Part shown: one piece after another, positions 26,798 through 39,432 of the stretch
Position numbering within the stretch: the stretch's first letter is position 1
Layout: the number at the start of each line of letters is the position of its first letter
From: Octopus bimaculoides
Taxonomy: Eukaryota
Direction of reading: 5' to 3'
Length of the DNA stretch: 64,000 nt
Assembly (NCBI RefSeq): GCF_001194135.2
Contig: NC_068985.1
Location: 30,763,601-30,827,600, forward strand
Translations under genes and position numbers: made by a program
Notes under the pieces: generated by a model
The model's input: only the letters and a program-made list of their open reading frames with translations
Told to the model about the DNA's origin: nothing
Databases searched by the model: none

Positions 26798-28094
26798 CAT
26801 TGTGTAGGCATTGCAATACTAATAACATGGCGTTGAATACAATATACATATGCTTCTGGACAAAGCATTAGTTGAGTACAGAGCATTAATAAGAAGAATG
26901 AGGTGACAAAACAGCTATAAAATGCGGTGGACTCATAGTTGAGTATCTAAGTAGCACCATATAGCTTCATCAGAGTATGTTGTTGTTGTTGGTGGTGGTA
27001 GAGGAGTGACGGCACAATAAATCCTTAGCAATATTTAATTCCATCTCTGTTCCATTAATGGTGGTAACTAGCAGTATTGGTTTTACATCAAATAAAATAG
27101 CTTACAGCTTTTAGCTATTTCTTTTTTTGACATTCTTCTGAGTTCAAATTTTGATGAGATTGAATTTGTTCGTCATCCTTCTACTAACAATGTAATAAAA
27201 TACCATTCATGTTCTGGAGTTGATTTATTGTCCTTTAATGCATCCTAGATATCAATGGAATTACAATAAAAAACTTAACAAAGTTTCAACTTTTCCTTTC
27301 AGTCATAGAATCTAAGAATGCGGATCAGACAAGAACGCCTGATTCAGTTTAACATATACATCATCATTATCATCAATATTGCTTTAATGCTTGCATGAGT
27401 TAAACAGAGTTTATTAAGGAAGATTTTCTGCAGTCAAATGCTCTTCCTGTCACCAACCTTGATCTCTTTCCAACCAACATCATGTTTTCCCATGCTTGGA
27501 TGTATTTTTACAGAAAACTGGAAACAGATGATACCGTTTGTATGGCAGTAACATGCTTTTACAACAATCACATGATGTCAAGGCAAGAAGATACACATAC
27601 ACATACATATGTAGGTAGATACATACATACATATATACATACATGCACATACACACACATACACACGCGCACACACAACATCTCATTATTTATACTCTCC
27701 TATTTATCTGAATAATACAACTAAATTATCAATACTATCACTACATTATCATCACAACAACAAATATGATTACAAAGAAAGATGAGACTTAGTAGTGTTT
27801 TCTTTTCTGACGAGTAGCTATATTTTTGAGTAGAATTTATTTTCGATAATTTCAATTGATTTTAATCGATTTAAATTTCTTTTCTATTTGAAAATTAGTT
27901 ATGAAACACGTGTAATCTTTTTATTATATTTATCTTATGATATTTACTTTACTTTATATTATACTCATTTATTGTGCTTTTATATATTAATTTTTCTATA
28001 TGTGATAGTGGATTTTCATCGATGAGTTCTTGAAACTTGGTTATTTTCCCTAAAACTATATATATATATATATATATATACATACATATATATA

Positions 28095-29273
28095 TCAGGT
28101 CATTAAGAATGAAATGTCCAATTTTTTTAAGCATCAAGTTTGACAGTCATTAACTCTAATGTTTTACATTTCAAAAGTTGGTGTCTGATTATATTGTGAG
28201 TTTTCTCTTGTAAATCAATTTTTGTGAACCTATGGACAGATCAAAAATTCTGTATTCTTTATGAATATGAGTTCCGTCATGGAATCAATGCATCTCAGAC
28301 AGCTCAAAACATCAATGAGGTATTTGGTGAAGATGTAGCAAATGAATACACTGTACATGGATGGTTTGAGAAGTTCCAGTCTGGTGACTTTACTCTTGAA
28401 AATCAGCCCCGTGGTAGACCTGAGTCTAAAGTAGAAAATGATGAGCTGGAAACTGTAGTGGAAGTGGATACATCTCAAACTACACATGAGTTAGTAGCAA
28501 GGTTTGATGTTTCGATTCCAACTGTATTGGACCATCTGAAACAAATTGGCAAGGTAAAGAAGCTGGACAAGTGGGTACCACATGAACTGAACGAGCATCA
28601 AATGACGTCATCTTGAAATTTGCTGTTCTTTGCTGTCACAGCATAAAAGCATCCCATTTTTGCATCATATTGTTACGTGTGATGAAAAATGGTTTCTTTT
28701 CAACAATAGCAAGCATTCTGAACAGTGGTTGGATAGAGACAAAGTGCCAAAACACAATCCAAAAAAGAATAGTCACCAAAAAAAGCTAATGGTGTCTGTT
28801 TGGTGGTCCAGCGCTGNNNNNNNNNNTCAATTACAGTGGATGTTTACATCAACCAACTGGATGAAATGATGAGTGAACTTGCAATTAAACAACCAGGATT
28901 GGTCAATAGAGAGAGGCCAATTCTCTTGCAAGACAATGCTCGACCACATGTTGCACAAAGAATGCTACTCAAGTTATAGGAACTGAACTTGGAAGTCATC
29001 TACCATATTCACCAGACCTTGCATCAACTGACTATCACATTTTCCAGGCATTAGATAACAAATCTGAAGAAGATGCAAAAACAGACTTTCATGATTTCAT
29101 CACCTCCAGCTCTCCAGAATTCTTCACTGCCAGCATAAATAAGCTACTGATAAAATGGCAAAATTGTGTTGATAATTTAGGTGCATACTTTGATTAACTG
29201 CATTGCTTTTTGTTGAGATAAAGTAAAATAAACTTACAGTTCAAAATCGGACATTTCATTCTTAATGACTTGA
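28095..29273 (+). mobile_element. Near full-length defective mariner (D,D34D, Hsmar1/cecropia-like)
   Basis: About 28-bp TIRs (tcaggtcattaagaatgaaatgtcc / ggacatttcattcttaatgacttga) with TA flanks. The broken transposase (about 28224-29197) contains HLKQIGKVKKLDKWVPHEL, VTCDEKW, QDNARPH and YSPDLASTDY. Confidence 0.93.
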
Positions 29274-29903
29274 TATATATTGTTAATAAGGACAATGAAG
29301 AATTTGAAATTCAAACTTTGTTTATTTCCAGTTAGTTTATTCATAATAATTGTCCAATACGTGTTTTGATTGCACTAACTGCATATTGTTGCATATTAAT
29401 ATGCAGTGATTTATGCATTATTAGTATGACCACTTCAAGGTATATAAGTATGACATTGTTTGAAGAGGAATTTTCCTCCATTATTAGTTTGAATTAGGCT
29501 TGAGAGTAGTAGCAGAAGTAAACCATGACATTCCTTGATGAAATGTTTTCTCAACTGTTTGGGTAAAATCCAGCAGCAGCAGTGTTTGTTGAANNNNNNN
29601 NNNGGGGGGGGGGGGTATTTATAGAATACTTATTTTTGATTGATTCTACATACTTTATAGTCACATGGCATTTTGATGGATTTCAGAGTTGATTATATTA
29701 TTTGAATTTTTGTGAAGTTCTTAATAGTAGTAGTGGTAGATACTTACTAGGCAGTAAGAACCACATGGTTATTAAAGGAAGTAGTCAGTTGTATTTAAAA
29801 TTTTTCTAACTTATTATTATGACTGCTTTAAAGTGTTTTTAAGTTATATTATATATAATCTTATAAATTGAACTCTATTCTTACATTCCTTATATGCATC
29901 TTT

Positions 29904-30214
29904 ATTATTACCTTGTCCGTGGACAAGATATCTCAAGAACTGCTGGGTCAATTCAGATGAAACTTTCATGGATGTTTTGCCTCATGACTGGCACGAAGTG
30001 ATTAGATTTTGGGATCAATCCAGTACCAGACAAGGATTCTGGATTATTTTTCCAGTATTTTTACTTAATTTTTGAGAATGGTCAGGTTCATTATTAGTAT
30101 TCTTCTTTGTGAGAGCACTCGAGTTTATTTCAGATATTGTTATTTCAAAAATCATCTCCAGCTAATCGTTGAGAGGACATTGGTGTTGCCTTGGCAGAGG
30201 TTTGCACTCTCTGA
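29904..30214 (+). mobile_element. DINE-1/HINE-like (Helentron-associated) non-autonomous element
   Basis: 5' tattaccttgtcc, body caagatatctcaagaactgctgggtcaattcagatgaaactttc..gattagattttggg, and 3' ggcagaggtttgcactctctga (subterminal inverted repeat plus terminal stem-loop remnant). Confidence 0.55.
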
Positions 30215-31231
30215 TCATGTATGAGGTCATATAGAAAAAGTTAAGACTGGCAGAAAAATTAATGAGAAATTCATTAAATAGGTATGTATCAACTAGTAAG
30301 AATTAAAGGACAATAAAGCAAAGGCAAAAGTACTAGTTTGTAGCAAAGAACACAAAATACCATAATCAGTTAGAAAGTGGCTTTGTTTTGTAAGTAAGAA
30401 AGGAAGTGGTAAGAATTCAGTCTTGAATACTTAAAGTAAGCATTAGGGTGTACTGACAAAGTGACAAAGCTCCAGGACTTTAAATGTTCCACACATATTT
30501 ACAAGGCTCATGAAACTCTTTCTTGGTTCAGTTGCTGAAAGAAGTTTCTGCTACTTAGCTAGATGTTGTTCTGGTGAAGATATAGTATCTCAATAAGAGA
30601 GAAATAGAAGACATTCAAACAGTTGCTGTCTCTATCAGTAATAAAGAGCCTCTCCCTTAAACAAGTAGGTCTCAAAAAGTGGGATGATATATAGTAGTTG
30701 TACAATATTAACTCGTATTAGTGTTTGGTTGCAATTGAACCAGACTGGTGGCTAGACTGTAAAAGCATTTGCTAATGCAGGCAAGAAAAACAATTTCATT
30801 GATATAGCTATATAAATGAATGACACCAGATTGAAAAAAAAAAAAAAAACAAGAGCAACTACTTAAGGATACCACAGCAAAGTCAAACCAAAACAGATCC
30901 AAGGAAAGACAACAAAATCACCGAATCTCACTGTTGAAATGATATAACATTGAGAAGAATGGGATTATGCTATATTGCATGCAAATGCAGCCAACCAAAT
31001 GTTCAGATGTCAGCAGAAAAAAAAAAAAGAAACAGGCATTGTAATGTCAACAATAATGATGATGATTGCTTTAATAGGTTTGCTGACTGACTTTTATTTC
31101 ATCTAAAGCAACTGAACAACACACAAGCTTCAGTGAGAATTTGCAGAAATGTGATAAAATGTTAGGAAATATGAAAATAAGAAAATATTTAAGAATTAAC
31201 AAAAACACACAGAAATAATAGATTGATATTT

Positions 31232-31237
31232 TTTATT
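31232..31237 (-). terminator. Candidate PPM1K polyadenylation signal (AATAAA)
   Basis: TTTATT on +, about 690 nt downstream of the stop. Position is plausible but not demonstrated. Confidence 0.4.
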
Positions 31238-31921
31238 AAACTTTGTATTGATTACTCCATTATTCCATGATTGTAAAACCATCAACTAAATGGTGCTAGC
31301 ACCAAAAGACTAGCACCTCCATTTTCCAAAACAAAACTGCATTACTTTATCATTGCTCTTGCATAACAAACCATCACAATGGCTCTTTGCTCGTCTTATC
31401 TCATTACTGCATCCTACAAGCATACAACTGGATTCCCATCAACAAAAGGAAGTGATTACAGGCTGGAAGTAATCAGATTTTATTACAGTAATTATTGCTG
31501 TTGGCTGTTGTTGCTATCATAGATCAGTGATGTTAGTGGCTAAGGTGTAGGACAAGAAAACAGTAAAGCAGAAATTTATAGCAGACACTTCCTTAAATAA
31601 TTTCCTACTGGCAGTTTAACAAATGGATTCTCATGAGCTGTCACCACGTAAAATTTAGCTGTTAATATTTTTAGTACTAATGCCAAATTACATATCACAG
31701 TATACTAAAAGTACAAGTGCAAACCTAATACAGTAAGCTATTGTGTTCATGGCTGAATCTGATATTACGTTATAATGTGTAATGCAGCATTCTGTAAAGG
31801 ATTGACTACAGGGAGGTGAAGCACAGCAAAGAGGTAGGGCAAGATTCTGAAGGAAAATTTTGGAAACTGTTTTGTCTTTGTTTCTTTTTCTTTTTTCTCT
31901 TCTTTTTTTTTCTTTTTCCCT

Positions 31922-32191
31922 TCAGCAATATCGAACACCTAATAATTGTCGTCCAAAACTATTCTGGTTAGAAGTGTCGGCAGCTTGATACTTGCCCCAA
32001 GCACCAAATGGAATGATGAGAGCTGTTGTATTATCTTCAGAGCCAAACTGCATGGCTTGGTCTGTCACCAAATGAGCAGCTTCCTTAGGAATGTCACACT
32101 TACTGACTGCATCCACAATTTCTTGGTCTGCAAGCACAAATGTGAGCCCATCTGATGCCAGTACCAAGAAAGCATCTTTTGAGTGTTTAAC
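31922..32191 (-). CDS. PPM1K: PPM1K last coding exon
   Basis: tttttttcag| acceptor, phase 0. Encodes VKHSKDAFLVLASDG...QEIVD...EAAHLVTDQAMQFGSEDNTTALIIPFGAWGKY...*. Total CDS is 532+314+270=1116 nt (371 aa). Confidence 0.95.
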   Translation of the reverse strand, partial: VKHSKDAFLVLASDGLTFVLADQEIVDAVSKCDIPKEAAHLVTDQAMQFGSEDNTTALIIPFGAWGKYQAADTSNQNSFGRQLLGVRYC

Positions 32192-32384
32192 CTGAAAAAA
32201 ATATAATTGAAGTAATCAAATTGAGATAAGGTCATACCAAGATAGAAGGTGTAAAACCATCCCACTGTATTTTTTACCAATAAATATTTCAGAATGTTTA
32301 AATTTTTGTAATAAGTTATTGTTAATATGACTATAATTTACATTATTTACATTTGACAGATATGTCCTCATCTTGTTTGTTGTT

Positions 32385-32430
32385 AACACAACTTTTCAAC
32401 TGATATACCCTCCAGCCTTCATCAGGTGTC
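32385..32430 (-). ncRNA. Minimal type I hammerhead motif, mirror copy (stem III mutated)
   Basis: Minus strand reads GACAC-CTGATGA-A-GGCTG-gagggtatat-CAGTT-GAAA-AG-T-T-GTGTT. Core and GAAA are intact; stem II is kept by G-U pairs; stem III has C>A. Confidence 0.7.
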
Positions 32431-32680
32431 TTGGAGAAATTTCAAACCTAGGTTCTCATTCCTAAAGTATTTTTCGATGTTATTATTATTATTATTATTC
32501 AGATCACTGCTTGGACTCGAACTCGGAATCTTCAAGTTAGTAGCCCGCGCTCTTAACCACTACGCTATCACTACACCATATGCCCGTGGACATATGGCGT
32601 AGTGGTTAAGAGTGCGGGCTACTAACTTGAAGATTCCGAGTTCAATTCCAAGCAGTGATCTGAATAATAATAACAACAAC

Positions 32681-32744
<64 letters not shown>

Positions 32745-32791
32745 TCGAAAAATACCTCAGGAATGAGAACCCAGGTTTGAAATTTCCCCAA

Positions 32792-32837
32792 GACACCTGA
32801 TGAAGGCTGGAGGGTATATCAGCCAAAACGTTGTGTT
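32792..32837 (+). ncRNA. Minimal type I hammerhead ribozyme motif (G12>A, probably inactive)
   Basis: GACAC-CTGATGA-A-GGCTG-gagggtatat-CAGCC-(a)AAA-CG-T-T-GTGTT: stem I GACAC/GTGTT, stem II GGCTG/CAGCC, palindromic stem III ACGT. Confidence 0.75.
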
Positions 32838-35800
32838 AACAACAAACAAGATGAGGACAAATATCTGTCAAATGTAAATAATGTACATAATTCCTCATCT
32901 CTTAAATATAGAACTGTGTGACTATAATTCTTCAGACTATTAACCTCATCTCTACAGATGAAATATCTTTTAATGTTTCCAGCTTTCTTTTCTTTTTTTT
33001 TTCTTTTACTGCTTTCAGTAATGGGACTATGACTATGCTTTTAAGATTTTAGTTGATGATATCAAACCCAAATGTCTGGTACTTATTTTGTTATTCTCTT
33101 AAGATATTTTAAGACATGAAATGCAAAGTAGACTTTGAAGTAAAAGCCCAGTTCAGTTGGACTTCAATATTGTAGGGTATTTCTATCAAATGTACCAGTT
33201 CTCACTCCATGCTGATACACACACAGAACAAACTTTCATTCAGGTTCTGTCAATCAAATTTCACTCATACAATATTGGTCAATCCAATGCATAAAGTACA
33301 CACAGATGAGATTGAACCTGAAACCATGCAGTGGTGAAGTAAACTTCTTAGCCATACAGCCATGGCTGCAGCATCAGTTTTGATCACCAAATGAAATGTA
33401 GCAGTGATGAAAGTATTTAAAGGTGTTTTCAGTACTTGAAATGAAGTGAATAGTTCCCAAATTTATAATCATATAACTTTATCAAAAGTTTATAATTTTC
33501 TTTTTTTTTTTTAATTCACAACATAAACCAGAAAAGAATCTATAACCAATGCTAATGTCACATATTCATTGCCTCATTGCAAGTTTCTGTGATAATTTTA
33601 AGAAATACATTAGCAGCAGCAGCTTCATTGACAGCATTGGCAGCGTAAACTTTTAATGTTCATCTTCCATGCTGACAATGGTTGGACAGTTTGACAGGAT
33701 CTGATGGGTCCGAGAACAGCATTGTACACCAATGTTTGCTTCTGGCATATTTTCTACAGCTGAGTGTCCTTCTTAAAGTCAACCACTTTACAAAGGATAC
33801 TGGATGCTTTTTTTTTCACGGCACCAGCACTAGTGAGATGACCATGTAACTTGCAGGACTTAGATTCCCTTCAACTGAGTGGGGTTACAGTAAAGAGGGA
33901 GGCAACTTTATGCTAAGAGATGATGAATTGAAGCAGCATTTCTCAACTGGGGTTCCCTGGAACCCTAGGGTTCCGCAAAAGGTCCCTAGGAGTTACATGA
34001 GAAAGAGTGAGATAAATTAATGCAAATTTCATGATCATAATATTTCTATACATGCACAACATATTATTGGTTATTGTAATATCGTAATATAGACATTATC
34101 CTATCTAACTTATTATGGTATCAAAAAAACATAACAATCACTGAAAATGAAATCCATGTGTGTTTATCTAAAAGTTCAACTTCAAATTAAATACTTGTGT
34201 AGCAAAAGACAGGCACAGGTTTCACATTAGAGAAGCATGTTACACTTTATCAAATGGCTTTGAAAGTAACATTTCTTTGTATAATTTATTGGTTCACAGT
34301 ACATTTTGCCTTGATTTAACTTTTGTACTTTTCAATATTGCCAGTAAAGGATAAATAAATAATAAATTGATGCACAATTATTTGTTTTTATTCCATTTAC
34401 ATTTATGTATTATAGGTATATGATATTGGTTACTTATGTTTATTTTTTATGTTTAAGTTTCGATTTTTTTTTTTTTTTGTGTGCTTGAATGAAAACTCCA
34501 TGATGAGGTATCATAAACAAGCAGTATGAATCTTATCTAGCATTACCAATAAATTTGACAAAGACGTATTAATTTTTTCTGAAATCAGTTATATATATAT
34601 ATAACTNNNNNNNNNNNNNNNNNNNNNNNNNNNNNNNNNNNNNNNNNNNNNNNNNNNNNNNNNNNNNNATATATATAAATTAAGGTACTCAGAAATCTGG
34701 ATGTTTGTACATTTACAGATTTTTATTAATGTCACATATTAAATAAAGCGCTTTTCACCTAGTCGTGTTGGATTTTCAAATTATATATATATATATATAA
34801 ATCACAAAATATAGATTCTAGTAGTATTCATAAGAAAAGCTCCTTAATGTTTTATTCTACAAAACATACAAAATATATTGTACCATACAAGAGAAAACAA
34901 TAAGGAGTGTATAAAGTCATAGATGATAGAGAAATAGTTTGGTGAAATTTTATTAAACGATAAGAAAATTCAAATATCATGACAAATTGTTTCATTACTT
35001 AAAAACATGTAAATAATTTATATTATTATATTTAATAATAAATAACTTACATGTCTGCATTAATGGAAAATGCAAAACATCTTTCAAAATAATGCAGATC
35101 CTCAGGTGAAAGAAAGTCTTTGTTAAATACTAAATCCTCAATGTAATGTTACAAGAACACAAAGTCAAAATTTTAAAAAATTATGGAAGACAATAATAAT
35201 AAAATTGATATAAATTAATAAGACAATTTTCTAATAAATGGAAGGGAATTTTAGTAATATAATTAAAAAGTTACTAGTAAATATTATTAGTACAATATAA
35301 AAGAAAAGATAAATTTATAACCAAAACACAGATCATAAACACAGAGAAAAATACAAAAACAAACAAAAAACCACAACTAAATAAAAGTATTTACAGACAA
35401 TATTTATGAAATATAGGGACTGATATCAACTAGAAAATATGAACAATATTAAATTTTAAAATATTAGAAATTTGAAGTAAATATTTTTTTTAAATTCATA
35501 TGAAGTATGGAAGATAATGAGAATAAAATTAATATAAATTAAAGAAACAGTTTTCTAAGATGAGAAGGGAGATTTATTAAAATTTTAAGAAATAATTATT
35601 AGATAGCTTTGGTATAAAGAGAGGAAAATCATATATTTATAGAGACAGAGTTTACGAAATATAGAGTTTGATATCAACAAGAAAAATATTAAATTAAAGA
35701 TTAAAAGTTCAAATATATAAGTAAATAGTGAATAGTTTATAATGTAGGATAAGATTAATATAATTTAGTATTGTAGATTAGGATAGATTGAAGCATATAA

Positions 35801-35891
35801 GGTAAGTATATGGAAAAACAATATTTGTCATAATATTTGAATTTTCTTATTGTTAAATAAAATTTCATCAAATTATTTCTATCATTTATGA

Positions 35892-35931
<40 letters not shown>

Positions 35932-36179
35932 GAGAGGAAATGGAACAGAAGGGATATCATAAAAATCAAAACCTTTCTTGATGAAGAATGCACTACACCA
36001 CATAGATTAGTGGCTATTAACTTCAAAGTCAGAACTAAGCAGATACAGAAACAGAAGATGATATGGAGAAGGAAGACATGGAAACTAAATAGGTTTAGAG
36101 GAATTGTAATTGATGTATACGACTGTAACAAGAAAGATTTAAGCATCTGTGCCACAGATGACAACTAGGAATTCCTATG

Positions 36180-37050
36180 AAATAGCCTGCTTAAGGACAC
36201 AGATCAGGCATGTGGCTGGGGCAAAGTCCCATCTGCACTGAAAGTAATACTGTGGTTCATAGGATGATAAGGGCTAAGAGACCAGCTTGGAAAACCTAGA
36301 AGGTAATATTAGGGAGAAATTATCAAATGGCTAGAAGAGCAGCTAGGCAACAGGTGTACTTGGTTATGGACAGGCCAGAAAGGAAGAGATTTACCCTGCA
36401 ATGTGAAAATCAGAGACTCAAAATTGCAAGGGAGTATGTGAGAGAGAACCAAGATATCATTGATGAGAAGTCTATTCAGAACAATGAAAACAAACACCCC
36501 ATCACTATAGAAGACAAGTAGCATTGGAAGTGCTATTATTAGAGGCTATTGAACAACAAGAAAGCAAAGGATATAGAGAGGCTACCTCATGGTTACCATA
36601 CAAAATACAGAAGGTTGAAAGCAACATGGAAGATAAAACAATTAAGGACATGGAGAGAAGGAAAGCTGTGGGTCCATCAGGTACAGTTGCAGAGATGCTC
36701 GAAATATCCAGTGAGATAGGATGCATGATTATTACATGGATATTTAATCAAGTCATACAGGAAGATGTCATTCCCAATAACTGACATAGTAGTATCATTG
36801 TAAACTTCTACAAAGGCAAAGGAGATGTTTTAGAGGCAAGAAACTACAAAAGAATCAAATTATCTAACCAGCTTATGAAAGTCAATTGATCTGTCACTGA
36901 GTAGACTTAGATGAGATACAGTATGATATAGTTTAACTTAGTGCCTGGAAGAGGTAACATGGATGCAATCTTCCAAGTGAGGCAACAGCAGGAGAAATAC
37001 TTAATTAAGAGTAAACCATTATTCCTGGCATTTGTTAACTTACTCCAGCT
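36180..37050 (+). mobile_element. RTE-clade LINE fragment (N-terminal reverse transcriptase region)
   Basis: KAVGPSGTVAEML..., FYKGKGDVLEARNYKRIKL and MPGRGNMDAIFQVRQQQEKYL...LFLAFVNL, with stops and frameshifts. Confidence 0.85.
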
Positions 37051-37399
37051 GGGAAAAACAGCAGATAGAGGTAAAGATGTCGCAGGACATACTGTCAAGT
37101 TACAAGGAGGTGAATGTAAGAGAATTGGTACAGAAGACTGGACAGGGTGATTGGATAGGTAAGTTCGTGAAAGTATAAAAGGAAAGTGGTAGATGGATAG
37201 AGATGGTGATAGAGATGAATACAGTGAGTGGTGAGCACAATTGGTGGGGAAGCTGTGGGAGGAGTGAGTATTCGGAAGATGAGCTGTGGAGAAAAGATTC
37301 ATCAAGAACAGATTATGTGCAGAGACACAAACATAAACATAAACGATATGCTTTTCAAGCCTCATTTTTGCTTAGATGGACAGATCTTTTTGAACACAG

Positions 37400-37760
37400 C
37401 ATCAATGATCTTGGCCCTTTGTCATCCCCAATGTGAAACTCAACATCTGAGGTCATTATTCCTACATCTTCCTGGGGCTCCCTCCTCTACAGGTTACATT
37501 CACATTAAGTAATCAGCACTTCTTTGTGCATCTGTCCTCATCCATAAGCATCACATGGCCATACCAGTGTAATCATTATTCTTGCACACATATGATGCCT
37601 CTTTTGCCCAATTTTTCTCTCGACAGACTTTTACTTTGCCAATCATGCACAGACACTGCACAATTTGCCTCTTGCTCTGAGAGAGAGAGGTGTTTTGCTA
37701 CTAACAGAGGTAATAGCTTTCTGAACTTTTAGAGCATCTTCCTCTGCTGCTAATTAGGTC
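37400..37760 (-). mobile_element. RTE-clade LINE 3' fragment, opposite orientation to 36180-37050
   Basis: Minus strand reads KFRKLLPLLVAKHLSLRARGKLC and a degenerate WYGHV motif, homologous to 10923-11260. Confidence 0.7.
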
Positions 37761-39432
37761 ATCTAGGCAATAAAAACTATCAACTACTTCTAAGGATCCT
37801 CCTGGGTATCCAAGGAAATATATTTCCCATTTGTTCTTAGTATTTATTGTTTCTGTGTATCTGCCACATACAAAGTCTTTTCTCTGTCAACTTTCCTGTG
37901 ATTCCACTGCACCTCTTTATGTACCCACATTTTATACTGAGTATACTGTGTGGAGTTTCTACCAACACCTTTTCTAAATATCGAGCAGAGCAATTTTCTT
38001 CAAGGGATTAGTGGTTTGTCTGTTTTTCTGCATACTAGAACACTACTAAGTTAACTTTAGAGCCCTTTGATTTCAGCTTTTATCCTCACACCTGGAATTT
38101 CCTGTCTAATTCTACAACAAATTCAGCTATATAAGCAAGGTCACCTGCAGAAAGGAGGTCCTATGAGAACTAGTCTTAACCCTTTGTCATTCAGATTACT
38201 ATATCAAATTTAATACTTATTTATTCTCAATGTTTTGAATTAATTGCACATTAGAAATTTTAATGATGTGACTGTATATTTTTAGAATTACATTGTAGGG
38301 TAAGTATTGGAGGCCAGAACTGGATAGTTTAAACATAAAATAGATAGAATATTTAGGTCAGATGTAGCCAGTTTAATGCTGGAGGGCTAAACTCCTCTGT
38401 TATGGCCTATAAGACTATAATAAGTAAGAAGAGACTAAAAACCAAGGCCTGGTAAACTATCTACATGCTAAATTCATTGCTAACTCTCACCTTACTAACA
38501 GTACACTGTACATGGCTTGGATGGCACTCAACAACCATTTGTCTACCCATAGCTTCCACAGCAACCAGAAAATGAGGGATTAAGGCTTTGTTCATGTCAA
38601 CCAATGAGCTTTAATGCTATCCTCTGTAATTACTTCTTTCAAAAGCATTTCCTTTAACCTTGTAACAGTTGACTACAATGATGTTACACTAGTTTTTGGA
38701 TATGATGCATTCCTGTACAATATGATTAATTATATGGGGGACTAGGCCATATCCCACTATGCCAAATATTTTAAGCATCTTGCTTATAATTCCTGATAGA
38801 CCATGGGGCTCTCCATATTTATCATACTACTGTCAGTTAGGATATCTGATCCCTATATTGAGTCCATTCTAGGAAGACTCTCCTCTGAAGCATTCACCAC
38901 ATTTAGCATCCTTTTACAGTAACACTTCCATGCCTCTCTCTTTTTTTAATTACTGTGCGCAAGCACACCATCATCCATCTGTACACACTCCTCTGCGACA
39001 AAGTCACGATTTTCTCAGATACACTGCTTATCAGCCTGGAACACCTCATGGTCAGTCTGGTCCTCATGCCACAGAACATTGGCAAACCTCTCTTTTCTAC
39101 TTCTCCCCTTGTGAGATAGACCTATCACTTAGCTTTTCTTCTGGCCACCTGGCACATTTTTCAGCTACGCCCATGCTTCCAATCCTTTCAGGCCTATCTC
39201 TTTGCTTTTATAGTTCTGTCTATCCAATGCTCCACAAACATGTCACATTTGAGGTGGTTGGAACTTTGCACAAACCACACACATACATACATACAGCTAT
39301 AGATATACATATATGTAAACATACACACATATATAAACAGACACACATATAAACATACATGCATATATTATATACACACACACACACATACACACACACA
39401 CACACATATATACACACACATATGCATACATA

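Larger units (their letters stand above)
32339..32918. mobile_element. Palindromic tRNA-headed, hammerhead-bearing element with 11-bp TSD
   Basis: Inverted arms at 32339-32582 and 32591-32885, plus a 33-nt one-sided extension. TGACTATAATT occurs at 32328-32338 and 32919-32929. A box TGGCGTAGTGG and B box GAGTTCAATTCC are present, with a hammerhead motif in each arm. Confidence 0.85.

Noticed and set aside
26905-26980. Minus-strand CTGATGA followed by a GCTATA/TATAGC stem
   Set aside because: No GAAA after the stem and no stem I partner, so the hammerhead is not supportable.
32591-32660. tRNA gene
   Set aside because: A and B boxes are present, but no acceptor stem or clear anticodon arm; it is a SINE-type head.
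32560-32826. Poly-Asn / poly-Leu ORFs
   Set aside because: They are the (AAT)n tract within the palindromic element.
35170-35760. Idea that the A-rich segment is coding in a variant genetic code
   Set aside because: Stop density is what AT-rich random sequence gives, and all three stop types occur.
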